Shown piece by piece: positions 1 through 9,080 of a stretch of 33,099 nucleotides of DNA. Source of the stretch: a virus. Taxonomy: Duplodnaviria; Caudoviricetes. The notes below the pieces were generated by a model, which saw nothing but the letters and a program-made list of their open reading frames with translations, searched no databases and was not told the DNA's origin. Location of the stretch: IMG/VR virus record IMGVR_UViG_3300017780_006748, positions 1 to 33,099 of that record; one strand, written 5' to 3'. Made by a program: the position numbers and the translations under genes. Position 1 is the first letter of the stretch. Every line of letters begins with the position of its first letter.

Positions 1-557
1 AATATACCAAATACTTTTTTTAATGTTTCACCATACTTATCTACACTACCCTCTATATTTGATAACGTTTCACTATAGCTATCTAATAAGTTATCAGGAA
101 CTTGATTTAAGAAATCCATAAATGGTTTATCTAAAGCACCTCTAATTGAAGCACCTTGAGTAATAGCATTTATAAGTCTTCTTTTAGCTACCTCATCATT
201 CATTATATCAGTGGAAGGTAAGTCTATTGATGGAAATTCCATTTCTTCTTCTTCCTCTTCATCATTATTATCAGATGGAGGTAATTGATCATGACCTAAT
301 GTAGCATCTATTTCAATATTGAATTCATCAATTATAGGATACATTTTTTTAACCATATCCACAGCTAACTTTTCTAATGTTGCTTTATGAGGAGCTTCAT
401 CTTCTTCTAATTGATCTATTAATATTTTAGAACGTTTAAGAATTTGCATTAACTTCTCATTACCGAGCATTCGTTCTCTTGATGAAACACTTTTGCTTTT
501 TAGATTTTGAATTGTTTCAGGATCTTTAAATATATCCTTATATTGTGCTTCGTTCAT
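1..557 (-). CDS. Hypothetical phage protein, runs off the window edge (not in ORF track)
   Basis: ATG at 555-557 overlaps the TAA of the upstream gene (TAATG). The frame is open to position 1: MNEAQYKDIFKDPETIQNLKSK...LEKLAVDMVKKMYP...acidic run...VAKRRLINAITQGASIRG... Confidence 0.8.
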   Translation of the reverse strand, partial: MNEAQYKDIFKDPETIQNLKSKSVSSRERMLGNEKLMQILKRSKILIDQLEEDEAPHKATLEKLAVDMVKKMYPIIDEFNIEIDATLGHDQLPPSDNNDEEEEEEMEFPSIDLPSTDIMNDEVAKRRLINAITQGASIRGALDKPFMDFLNQVPDNLLDSYSETLSNIEGSVDKYGETLKKVFGI

Positions 558-793
558 TATTTATTTTTTAATAATTTATATTTTTTTACAATATCAGATA
601 TTCCTTTAGACATACCTTCTTTTTGTGCTTTTGGAGCAGTTTTTGGGGTAGTATTTGGGTTTGGGTGTAATGGATTTTTGCTTGGAGTTTTGGTTGGTGT
701 AGTTACTTTTTCTTTTTCCTTTGCAGGTGCATTTTCAGCCAAAACTGCTCTAATTTCGTTCTTAATAATATTCTTTAATTCTTGTAATTTCAT
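557..793 (-). CDS. Small basic putative internal head protein
   Basis: Leader MKLQELKNIIKNEIRAVLAE followed by a Lys/Pro/Thr-rich tail; coupled on both sides (ATGA, TAATG). Confidence 0.65.
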   Translation of the reverse strand: MKLQELKNIIKNEIRAVLAENAPAKEKEKVTTPTKTPSKNPLHPNPNTTPKTAPKAQKEGMSKGISDIVKKYKLLKNK

Positions 794-3390
794 TTTTTTC
801 GGTTTTTAGATTTTATATAATAATTTAAGATTTTTTTAGTTTCAGTTAATTTGGTTGGATTTGATACCATAAATTCAGCAATTAAAACTTCAGCTAAGTC
901 TCTCGCTTGTAATGCTGATAGTAATTCAGTTGGTGAATTTAATCTTATTGGTTCTCGTCCGGGTATAAGTATATAGTTACCATTTCCAGGTTGTATATTA
1001 ATGGATGCTATTCTAGAGCCATTTGCTAATGTAATAAAATATATACTACTAGGTCCTGAATTATAAGTTGCTACAACTCTACCTCTGTTTCCTAATTGAT
1101 TATTACGACGAGAAGCTCCTCTAGATACTCCAGTTTCTTGTACTGCTGTTGCTAATCTAGCTCTAACTGCTCTAGGTAATCCATTAAATGCTGTTTCTAA
1201 ACCCCTTGCATTCATTAATTCAGTGGTTGGTGTTCCACCTGCTACTGGTGCTGCTGCTGGTCTAGCTACACCTGCTACTCCTGCTGGTCTTCCTCTTCTA
1301 GGTGCTCCAGCTTGTGCTGCTGCAGGTGCTGCAGGTGCTTGTGCTGCTGGTACTTGAGCTCCAGGAGTTGCAGGTGCTTGAATAGTTGTGCCTAATAATC
1401 TTTGTGCTTGAGCTGGTGACAGATTTGCTTTAATTAACTTATTTAATCTACTAATTGCTTTACTCTCTCTTGGATTTCGAACATTAACAAGATAAGATGT
1501 TTCTCCATCTGTTGCTGGTTTATACACACTATTATCAACCATTGGTGGTAAAGCGGCTATAAATTCTTTTTTATCAACACCTTGTAAAGCATAAGCTATT
1601 TGATCATCAGTATATTTAAGGTTTCTACTTCTTTGGTAATTAAAATATACTTTATACATATCATCAGTAAAATTACCCATATAACTGTTATATTGATTCC
1701 ATGGGCTGCCCCCCATTCCGTATCTAAATACTGAGTTGTTGAAATTTCGAGTATAAAGATCTGTTGGAAATACTAATATACCATCACTAGATAATGGAAT
1801 AGCAACCATTCCGCCTTTTGTTCTTTTGTCGTATGGGGTATTTTTTAATATGTTAAGAAATGAATCTTTTTCTATTTGAGGTGGTAGATCTTTTTTACTA
1901 AATACTAAATCTACTACTGATTCTTGGAACCCAGTATTGCTTTCTTCAGACGATAATACATTTTGTACTTCTTCATCATCAAAAGGAATTTGAATTATTT
2001 TATCTCCTTCAACTTTATAAGATGTAAATGTATTTGAATCTAATATTATTTTTCCATTTTCAGTATCTTTAACTACGATAGCTGAGTCTGGGTTACTTTC
2101 TGCGGATTGGAGTATTTTATTAATAATATCTTTATCTATTACTTCATCCTTTGCTAATTTTAATAAGCTATTAAATGGAATTTTATCTAGTTCTGGGTAG
2201 TCTAGTAAAAATTTAGAAGTTCTTTTGTTTAATTTAATGTTTGGATAATCATCTTCTGCTGTAAACACTCCTACTTTTACTTCTCCATCTTCAAATACTA
2301 ATTTAACTATAGCTTTACCATTTTCAGTTACATATAATTTTGTATCAATGTCTTTGTCCCATTTACCTGATGTAGTTAGTAATTTTTTAGCTTCAAATGG
2401 AATAGAGTCTTTAGTTAAATATTTAAAATCAATTGTATCTCTCATATTCGCTATAATTGATCTAATATCTGAGTTTGAGAATTTATCTAGGTTTGTAAAT
2501 AAAGTTAGACTATCTATAATACCAAAATTAGTTGCAATAGTATTAGCAATTTGGGGGTAATTAGGTAAATATTTTTCTATAAATGTATCATTACTAATAT
2601 CTTCAAATATTTCTTTACCTTTTCTAACAACTAAATATTGTTCTTTAACTTTAAAAGGCAATTTAGACCATTCTCTAACACTAATAGGATTATTTTTATA
2701 AGTTTGGTTTAAATTTTCTTTAGACGATAAAGGAATATATTTAAATATACTTCTTAATCCAACAACTGATGGGAAGTTTTGTTCAATAAAACTCCATGAT
2801 TCCCATCTATCCCATTCTGTAGCTCTACCACCAACATCATTATTTGATTTATCAGATGCTTTGTAAGTATTATCTTTACCAACAACAATAACAAAAAAAC
2901 TTTTACGGTCAGTACTAGGTAAATTTGTATCTTTTACAAGATAAAATGTTGGATTCTTTCTTTTATCATCATAACGATAATTACCAAACGAACCTCTAGT
3001 AATACACCAAGATTCACCTCTACCAAAATTTAGACAATTTTCTTCTGTGGAACCGTTATATATTATTAAACCATCTTCGTTATAAACAATGTCTGGCGTA
3101 ATATCTATTTCTTCTTCAGGTTCTTCAACACCTTTAGAGGATGTAACTAATTTAATTAAGTTAGATAAAGACCATTTACGTAAATCCTTTTCCTGTACTT
3201 TAGGTGAGTTTTTTAACTGGTCAAAACGTTCAATATATTTTTTAAGTTGTTCATCTGAGATAGTGATGTTAAAGTCATCAGCTTCCTCTTTAAATTTTTC
3301 CATTAACCTATTTATCTCAGCATCTGAGTATTCATTAATAGGAAATAAATTGTTTACAACGTGTATTATGAATTGATATGTGTTTTTCAT
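790..3390 (-). CDS. 866-aa putative virion-internal protein with a 'WC' (PcfJ-like) segment, Ala/Pro linker and AT-hook-like motif
   Basis: Long ORF. STEENCLNFGRGESWCIT...FYLV resembles PcfJ-like domains of phage polyvalent proteins. PRRGRP at 1285-1302 lies in an Ala/Pro-rich linker. PINE near the N-terminus fits the hydrophobic-N-E pattern. Confidence 0.55.
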   Translation of the reverse strand: MKNTYQFIIHVVNNLFPINEYSDAEINRLMEKFKEEADDFNITISDEQLKKYIERFDQLKNSPKVQEKDLRKWSLSNLIKLVTSSKGVEEPEEEIDITPDIVYNEDGLIIYNGSTEENCLNFGRGESWCITRGSFGNYRYDDKRKNPTFYLVKDTNLPSTDRKSFFVIVVGKDNTYKASDKSNNDVGGRATEWDRWESWSFIEQNFPSVVGLRSIFKYIPLSSKENLNQTYKNNPISVREWSKLPFKVKEQYLVVRKGKEIFEDISNDTFIEKYLPNYPQIANTIATNFGIIDSLTLFTNLDKFSNSDIRSIIANMRDTIDFKYLTKDSIPFEAKKLLTTSGKWDKDIDTKLYVTENGKAIVKLVFEDGEVKVGVFTAEDDYPNIKLNKRTSKFLLDYPELDKIPFNSLLKLAKDEVIDKDIINKILQSAESNPDSAIVVKDTENGKIILDSNTFTSYKVEGDKIIQIPFDDEEVQNVLSSEESNTGFQESVVDLVFSKKDLPPQIEKDSFLNILKNTPYDKRTKGGMVAIPLSSDGILVFPTDLYTRNFNNSVFRYGMGGSPWNQYNSYMGNFTDDMYKVYFNYQRSRNLKYTDDQIAYALQGVDKKEFIAALPPMVDNSVYKPATDGETSYLVNVRNPRESKAISRLNKLIKANLSPAQAQRLLGTTIQAPATPGAQVPAAQAPAAPAAAQAGAPRRGRPAGVAGVARPAAAPVAGGTPTTELMNARGLETAFNGLPRAVRARLATAVQETGVSRGASRRNNQLGNRGRVVATYNSGPSSIYFITLANGSRIASINIQPGNGNYILIPGREPIRLNSPTELLSALQARDLAEVLIAEFMVSNPTKLTETKKILNYYIKSKNRKK

Positions 3391-3394
3391 CTGA

Positions 3395-3658
3395 CTATTT
3401 TTCTTTATTTATCCACCAAATACAAACATATTCTGTTGGTTCAGCAGGAATTTTACCATCACCTTTCCATTCAATATAATATTTACCTTCGCATAGTTGT
3501 TTTTTCTCATCCCATTTACCGCAATTGGCACACATAGCACCACCTTGAGGTACGGATTTAGCTGGCTGGAAACCATCTGGGAAGTTAAGTTCAGGTGTTT
3601 CTGCTTCGTTTAACTTACTTTTAAGTATCCATTCAGTTATATTAAATTCTTTTTTCAT
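3395..3658 (-). CDS. Small four-Cys protein, HiPIP-like or other metal-binding fold
   Basis: CANC-x9-C-x22-C-IWW after a leader ending in KLNE. Confidence 0.55.
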   Translation of the reverse strand: MKKEFNITEWILKSKLNEAETPELNFPDGFQPAKSVPQGGAMCANCGKWDEKKQLCEGKYYIEWKGDGKIPAEPTEYVCIWWINKEK

Positions 3659-3660
3659 TT

Positions 3661-3810
3661 TTATAATTTTGGAGTATTATCGTGACCACATTTATGACAA
3701 ATATATAAGTCATCACCACCATCTACAATTTTCCATCTCCATCCACACTTATCACAGACGATTTCTGTCTTAGTTATTAATTCTTTTAATATATTTATTA
3801 GTTTAATCAT
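3661..3810 (-). CDS. 49-aa zinc-ribbon microprotein (not in ORF track)
   Basis: Hand translation MIKLINILKELITKTEIVCDKCGW...LYICHKCGHDNTPKL*. Two CxxC pairs; ATG overlaps the upstream TAA; the ORF fills the gap between its neighbours. Confidence 0.85.
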   Translation of the reverse strand: MIKLINILKELITKTEIVCDKCGWRWKIVDGGDDLYICHKCGHDNTPKL

Positions 3811-4862
3811 TATAAACCAACATTAATCATTTGTGGGTTGTCTACTTTAAATTTTACTACTCCTTTAATATTTCCGATATTTGAAATAACTTGTTTAATA
3901 GTATCTATATCAAATTTTCCACCATTTTTTAAATATGGATACGGATCAACTTTAACAGATAATTTATTATATGAGTAATTTTCTTTACGAATACGAGGAG
4001 TATATTCTTGAGCATCTATAGTTGTAACACCAGTTACTGATCTAATATCTGATAGTAATTGGTTTTGGAATTTAATATCGTTATTAGTTACTAACAATCC
4101 TTCAATTTTATATACTTTAGACGCTGAATTTTCACTTAATACCTCTCTTGTAATTATTTTAGTTTTTGGGTTACGTGTATATACGTAAAATTTCTTTAAG
4201 CCTCCATTTTTAGATTCATTTAAGCCAGCATTTGCTGAGGCCATTAACTCAATTGTTTCGTTGTCTGGTAGATATTTTGAAATTACAGTTTTTACTTCAA
4301 TGTAACTTATATTGCTTTTATCTCCTTGAGTAAATAAATTTTCTAATTCATTATGTAATTCAAGGTATTTTCTATCTCCTGTGTCTTGAAATTTTTTCAT
4401 TACCTTTGCAGGTAAATCATTTAAAGCTCTATATGGAAGCAATTTTTGAAATTCAACATCTCTTTTATCTCCTAACTCATTTTCTAGTACAGGTATATCT
4501 AATGGTACTTTTCTATCATTATATATTCCATATTCACCTAAATTTGTTTTTAATATAGTTGCTTTATCTTCTTCATTTAAATGAATAGCGTTACGAGAAT
4601 ATAAATAACGTGCCTCAGCCCATAAATTTAAAAATTCTTCTGAGCCGTATTTTAATTTATTTTCAGTTAATGATAATTTATTTTTAACATGATATTTCAT
4701 GTTTTCAGTCATTATTACACGAGCGTCTAAACTTTCGTTAAGTACAGGACCTTTGTTACCTACATTTTCACATGAATGGCAACCACAGTTACATGATTCT
4801 TTTTTAGGAGGTGTTGATAATGCCTCTTTAATTAATCGTTTTATAAGATTTGCATGTTTCAT
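3810..4862 (-). CDS. Multi-segment putative internal head protein
   Basis: Leader NLIKRLIKEAL, a CNCGCHSC cluster and several L-x-E sites (VLNE, GLNE, VLSE); preceded by the ATATTTATAA motif. Confidence 0.6.
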   Translation of the reverse strand: MKHANLIKRLIKEALSTPPKKESCNCGCHSCENVGNKGPVLNESLDARVIMTENMKYHVKNKLSLTENKLKYGSEEFLNLWAEARYLYSRNAIHLNEEDKATILKTNLGEYGIYNDRKVPLDIPVLENELGDKRDVEFQKLLPYRALNDLPAKVMKKFQDTGDRKYLELHNELENLFTQGDKSNISYIEVKTVISKYLPDNETIELMASANAGLNESKNGGLKKFYVYTRNPKTKIITREVLSENSASKVYKIEGLLVTNNDIKFQNQLLSDIRSVTGVTTIDAQEYTPRIRKENYSYNKLSVKVDPYPYLKNGGKFDIDTIKQVISNIGNIKGVVKFKVDNPQMINVGL

Positions 4863-4864
4863 AG

Positions 4865-4874
4865 TTATAAATAT
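4865..4874 (-). promoter_or_regulatory. Recurrent ATATTTATAA motif (putative late promoter)
   Basis: Coding strand TAATATTTATAACTATG; motif ends 2 nt before the ATG at 4862. Confidence 0.5.
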
Positions 4875-5896
4875 TATATACTTTTAGCTGACGAGTAGAA
4901 TTTTAATGGGTAGAAACCAATTCTGCAATTATTAATATCTTGTTGATGTATTCCATAACTTCTATAAGTAGCAAATATGTATAAAGTATAATCTCCTGTT
5001 AGTGGTTTTGGGTAGTCAAATTGAACGGGGCTGGATAGTTCAAAATATGTACTATCAGATGACGGTTTAAGTTCCATATTTCCAAACATGATGGATTGAA
5101 CTTTATCTATTCCAAATTTATCTCCTATACCATATGCTCCTTCAAGTTGGAGTTTTGAAGATTTAACTTCTCTTTTGAAATTCATTTTGCTCTGAAGGCT
5201 TCCACCAGATGCATCCTTTACAGCTTGAACAAAATCTTTAACTTCTGGGTCAGATTCTAATTTTTTTACTCCGGATAGTTGTTGTGATGCTTTAAGATCT
5301 TTATGTTGGATATATAAATTATCTTTACCTACAAATACAAAATCTGCTTGTTTATTACCTGGTATTTTTTCGACTTTAGTAATATCTTCATATATTGTAT
5401 CTCCAACTTTAATGTTTATGCTTCCTCCATTTTCTTCAATAACACTATTTAGATTACTTAACTCATAATCTTCAATAGCTGTTCCTCGAGATTCAGTTCC
5501 CAATACAATTGTTATTTCTTGTTCTTCAATTTGGAATTGAAATGCAAAATTTCTACTACTTGGATTCCCAATAGCTTTTGGGGGTAATATTTTAATATCT
5601 TTAGTATCTACGTCAAAAACATTTGATAAAATATCTATAAAATCATTATTACTTATATTACCCACATTTTTTACCCTTTGTGGTCTTGAATGAATTCCTA
5701 ATTTTCCAGAAGCTTCTTCTGACGCTAATAGATTTTTAATAATTTCATTATATGATTTTTTCACTTCATCTAAATTTATACCTAACTCACTTAATATTGA
5801 TTCCATTAATAAAATATCCTGCTCATTATTCATGTCAGGATATCCTTTTGGAAATTTATACGAGTATTTTTTTAAAAATAAATCTAATGTATCCAC
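4874..5896 (-). CDS. Putative restriction-endonuclease-fold (PD-(D/E)XK-like) nuclease with N-terminal leader
   Basis: GTAIEDYE helix, KQADFVFV and YIQHKD resemble an E...D...xHK catalytic arrangement. The N-terminal YSYKFPKGYPD...INLDE segment appears separate from the core. GTG start overlaps the upstream TAG. Confidence 0.45.
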   Translation of the reverse strand: MDTLDLFLKKYSYKFPKGYPDMNNEQDILLMESILSELGINLDEVKKSYNEIIKNLLASEEASGKLGIHSRPQRVKNVGNISNNDFIDILSNVFDVDTKDIKILPPKAIGNPSSRNFAFQFQIEEQEITIVLGTESRGTAIEDYELSNLNSVIEENGGSINIKVGDTIYEDITKVEKIPGNKQADFVFVGKDNLYIQHKDLKASQQLSGVKKLESDPEVKDFVQAVKDASGGSLQSKMNFKREVKSSKLQLEGAYGIGDKFGIDKVQSIMFGNMELKPSSDSTYFELSSPVQFDYPKPLTGDYTLYIFATYRSYGIHQQDINNCRIGFYPLKFYSSAKSI

Positions 5897-6606
5897 TATT
5901 TAATTTCCATTTTTGTTAAAGTATCTTTTATTTTAGATATAATAGCAGATTGACTAACACCGGGTTTACCTTTAAGCCCCAATGAATCAAACCAAACCTG
6001 AAATACACCTGGTAAATCGTTTATGCTTTTAATTTGGGCGGCTTTTGAAGTTACTGTTGTTGCTTTTTGTGCTGTTTTTTGATAAGCAGTAGATGCTGCT
6101 GTTTGTTTAATTGCAGGTGATGGAATAGAAGTAACTTCAGCTTCCATAATTTTATAAATTTCCTCTTTAATAAGTTGTCTAAGTTGTAATTTTTTCATTT
6201 TATTTTCTTTTATACCAGTTAATGTTCTACCTTTATAGTTATTTTTTAAATAATCAACTAATTTTTGATTCATATTAAAATCTTGTTCTAAAGGTTTAGA
6301 ATCGGATTCTCCTTCTATAGTTTTAGACATAATTTGCATAAATCCATTTTCAACACTATCATCTATAATTTTAGACATATTATCATCTATATCTAATTTA
6401 TCTAACCAAGTATTTGTTTTTTTAGAATCTGGTTTAGATACTGCAGCTTTGATAAAATCATATGTTGTTTTAGCTGCTTCGGCTCCAGGTATGAATCCCA
6501 TAATGACACCTAATCCAACTCCTGCTATTTTTTCCCCTTTTTGTTTTAAAGAAATAGATTTAATAGCAGCTTTTAAATCACCATATGTTTTTAATTCATT
6601 TGCCAT
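5896..6606 (-). CDS. Hypothetical protein with an internal second leader (MKKLQLRQLIKEEI)
   Basis: 236-aa ORF; an internal ATG at 6198 is preceded by AAAGAAAATAAA. Confidence 0.65.
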   Translation of the reverse strand: MANELKTYGDLKAAIKSISLKQKGEKIAGVGLGVIMGFIPGAEAAKTTYDFIKAAVSKPDSKKTNTWLDKLDIDDNMSKIIDDSVENGFMQIMSKTIEGESDSKPLEQDFNMNQKLVDYLKNNYKGRTLTGIKENKMKKLQLRQLIKEEIYKIMEAEVTSIPSPAIKQTAASTAYQKTAQKATTVTSKAAQIKSINDLPGVFQVWFDSLGLKGKPGVSQSAIISKIKDTLTKMEIK

Positions 6607-6612
6607 TTTTTA

Positions 6613-7128
6613 TTATGCTTGAGGTGGTACTTCTTCAGTTGGTGTTTCAGGTGCTACTGGTTCTTCAGGAGATGGAGTTTCAGAGGCAGGCATTTCCGTT
6701 GGAGTAGTTCCTTCAGCTGGTTTTTCAATTTTAACTCCATATGCTAATATTCTAGCTATAGATTCAACACAATTTTGTTCTTCACTTATATTTAATAAAT
6801 AATATTTTTTACCTTCCACCTTACCAATCCATGTTCTATCAGTATATATTAAGTAAAATACCTGATCATTTGCTAATATAATACGAAAAGTAGTAGGACG
6901 TGGTGCTACCCACTCAATATCTTTTAAAAACAAATCGTATTGATCTGTTAATAATTTAACAATAGTATCAAGTAATGTAGGAAATTTTACTAATACAGGA
7001 AAACGAGCTGTGTCTAACGATATTGGAGAAGCAGAATCTAAATCTACTTTAGTTGTAGATTTATCTGTTTTTGAATATATATTCTTAACTACGTTTTTAA
7101 TCCTAGTTCTTAAATCGTCTTTAGTCAT
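6613..7128 (-). CDS. Hypothetical protein with acidic Pro/Glu/Thr tail (start revised from 7149)
   Basis: ATG at 7126-7128 overlaps the upstream stop (ATGACTAA) and gives MTKDDLRTRIKNVVK, which resembles the shared leader. The track's start at 7149 is TTG. Confidence 0.65.
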   Translation of the reverse strand: MTKDDLRTRIKNVVKNIYSKTDKSTTKVDLDSASPISLDTARFPVLVKFPTLLDTIVKLLTDQYDLFLKDIEWVAPRPTTFRIILANDQVFYLIYTDRTWIGKVEGKKYYLLNISEEQNCVESIARILAYGVKIEKPAEGTTPTEMPASETPSPEEPVAPETPTEEVPPQA

Positions 7129-7603
7129 TTTTAGCTTCGTCTGAGGCAACTATTGATTCATAGTCATCCATGTTTAATGTTCTACCTTCTTTGCATAACT
7201 CAATTAAATTATCAGCTACAACATGTAAATCCATATCTGTTTCAGCATCTTCTCTAGCGTATTCTAATAGACGAATTAATAGTGGAACATCCACCATGAT
7301 TACGTCTTCAGGATTTTCTTCTTTATCTATAATAGATATATTAGATGCCGGTTTTTGGTTTTGTACGAATGATGCAGAGTCGATTTCTTCAACTGGTCCT
7401 TTAGCAAGGGCAGATTTGATCATTTCTTTAATTCGTTGTTTATCGTCTTTTTCTGCCATTTTCTTTGCTAATGAAATTGCTCTTCCTCTCATAACACGTT
7501 CAGCATCTGCTCCATAATCTTCTATAAACTTTTTTTTATTTTGTTTATACTGATTATAGAGCTGATCCATGAATGTTAACTCTCTTGGAGTAAGGTTTGC
7601 CAT
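7121..7603 (-). CDS. Hypothetical phage protein
   Basis: 160-aa ORF; internal KQRIKEMIKSAL; C-terminal DVPLLIRLLEYAREDA helical segment. Confidence 0.65.
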   Translation of the reverse strand: MANLTPRELTFMDQLYNQYKQNKKKFIEDYGADAERVMRGRAISLAKKMAEKDDKQRIKEMIKSALAKGPVEEIDSASFVQNQKPASNISIIDKEENPEDVIMVDVPLLIRLLEYAREDAETDMDLHVVADNLIELCKEGRTLNMDDYESIVASDEAKND

Positions 7604-7604
7604 T

Positions 7605-7778
7605 TTATTTTACTTTTGCTTCAGCAACAGATGCTTTATTATAAGAAGCGATAACTTTTTTTAATTCGCTTAATGCTTTTCTAGCTCTTCCTTTTGCTGC
7701 TTTTGTTGTTTCTTCGTGATTAGTTTTTGCTGTTTCATACAACCCACTAATTTGTTCAAATAGTTCTTGAGTACTCAT
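7605..7778 (-). CDS. 57-aa histone H1-like (Hc1-family-like) protein (not in ORF track)
   Basis: Hand translation MSTQELFEQISGLYETAKTNHEETTKAAKGRARKALSELKKVIASYNKASVAEAKVK*. KAAxxRARKAxxELxK matches my recollection of the short Hc1-like family of Bacteroidota. A-rich leader. Confidence 0.7.
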   Translation of the reverse strand: MSTQELFEQISGLYETAKTNHEETTKAAKGRARKALSELKKVIASYNKASVAEAKVK

Positions 7779-7827
7779 TTTGTTTTTGTTTTTATTGGTT
7801 TATAACTGTTAATTTATTATTTTTATA

Positions 7828-8421
7828 TTAATCTTCGAACTTTTTACAAAATTCAAATAAAGTAATAGATGGATTTTCTTCTACAGCATTCATCATCTGT
7901 GAAACCAATTGTTCTTGATCTATGTTTATTAATGAATCATAAATTTGATCATCTTTCCAATCCATGAATGGATTAAAATCTTCATTTTCATTTACATTTT
8001 GTTGACCTAATACTTGAGTGCGTACAAGCATTGTAATAGTATTACCTATTTGATTCATTAATTTCTCGTCACCTAATGTTTTAGCTTGAGCAAACGCTTT
8101 TTGCAATGAATCCTGTATAGATTTTACTGTTGGATCAATATCTCCACCCGTATTAGCTTCTGGAGCTACTGCGTCCATTGGTGGTTCTTCACCTGCTGGT
8201 TCAGCTGGTAATTGTTCATCACCCATGTTAAGATCGATATCTACGTCCTCTTGTGGAGCTACGTCTTCTTTTTCGCCTTTTTTCTTTTTAGCTTCATCTA
8301 AAATTACTTCACGGATTTGTGCTTTTAAAGCTTCTCTAGTATATTTTTTATTCTCCATTGACTCTTTGATAAGTACTTTACCAAAAGCCAATTTCTGCAT
8401 ATGTTCAAATTGTTTGCTCAT
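7828..8421 (-). CDS. Acidic putative head/scaffold-associated protein
   Basis: HMQKLA...VLIKE and ALKAQIREVILDE segments, an acidic Pro-rich linker, and the upstream ATATTTATAA motif. Confidence 0.6.
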   Translation of the reverse strand: MSKQFEHMQKLAFGKVLIKESMENKKYTREALKAQIREVILDEAKKKKGEKEDVAPQEDVDIDLNMGDEQLPAEPAGEEPPMDAVAPEANTGGDIDPTVKSIQDSLQKAFAQAKTLGDEKLMNQIGNTITMLVRTQVLGQQNVNENEDFNPFMDWKDDQIYDSLINIDQEQLVSQMMNAVEENPSITLFEFCKKFED

Positions 8422-8433
8422 TGTTATATTTTA

Positions 8434-8443
8434 TTATAAATAT
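8434..8443 (-). promoter_or_regulatory. Recurrent ATATTTATAA motif (putative late promoter)
   Basis: Intergenic, 12 nt before the ATG at 8421. Confidence 0.55.
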
Positions 8444-8454
8444 TGTGTGTTTTA

Positions 8455-9072
8455 TTATTTATGCAAGTAATCAGTTAATATTGTGCCTATTGCACCTACT
8501 TTTTGTCTTAACAATATCCATTCATCTAATGAAAGATTATGTTCTTCACCATAATATGATATAGTTAATGAACCTACAAAATTATCATCTAAATCATATA
8601 TTGCTAGCATGTATATAGATTTAGTTTTATAATCTTTTCCATTAACTTGAAACAATCCACAATCTACATCATTGTATTTACAACTAGGAATATTCAATTC
8701 ACCATCTTTATATAGATACGAAAACACCTTTGGAAATAAAGATACGGGGATATTTTGGAATGTTTCTTTTATTGATGTAGCTTTGTCAGTAGTTTGTTCA
8801 TAAAATATACTAAACTTTTTAATTGATTTACCTGTTGGATAAAAATGTCCTCCATTATGAAACTGCGCTATACATATTCTATCGCAATTTAATTCTTTCA
8901 TAATAAGTTCAAGTTGATGATCTATTTTTTCATCATTGTAGATAGACTCTCCTAGTATATCTGTTTTTCTATTAAAAAATTTTGATTTTATCCATTCTAC
9001 TATTACTGGGCCTAATACGGCTGTTATAAATGCTGTTAAGATAGTTAATGTAATTGTATCCATAAGTTTCAA
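8455..9072 (-). CDS. Putative holin with T4 gpT-like architecture (single TM helix plus GAF-like domain)
   Basis: N-terminal hydrophobic helix TITLTILTAFITAVLGPVIVEWI, then NCDRICIAQFHNG...KSIYMLAIYDLDDNFVGSLTISY, a GAF-like pattern. Confidence 0.55.
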   Translation of the reverse strand: MKLMDTITLTILTAFITAVLGPVIVEWIKSKFFNRKTDILGESIYNDEKIDHQLELIMKELNCDRICIAQFHNGGHFYPTGKSIKKFSIFYEQTTDKATSIKETFQNIPVSLFPKVFSYLYKDGELNIPSCKYNDVDCGLFQVNGKDYKTKSIYMLAIYDLDDNFVGSLTISYYGEEHNLSLDEWILLRQKVGAIGTILTDYLHK

Positions 9073-9080
9073 GTTCCGCT

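Noticed and set aside
4140-4215. GGLKKFYVYTRNPKTK as a truncated remnant of a known small phage domain
   Set aside because: The resemblance is from memory only and the segment is too short to support without a search.
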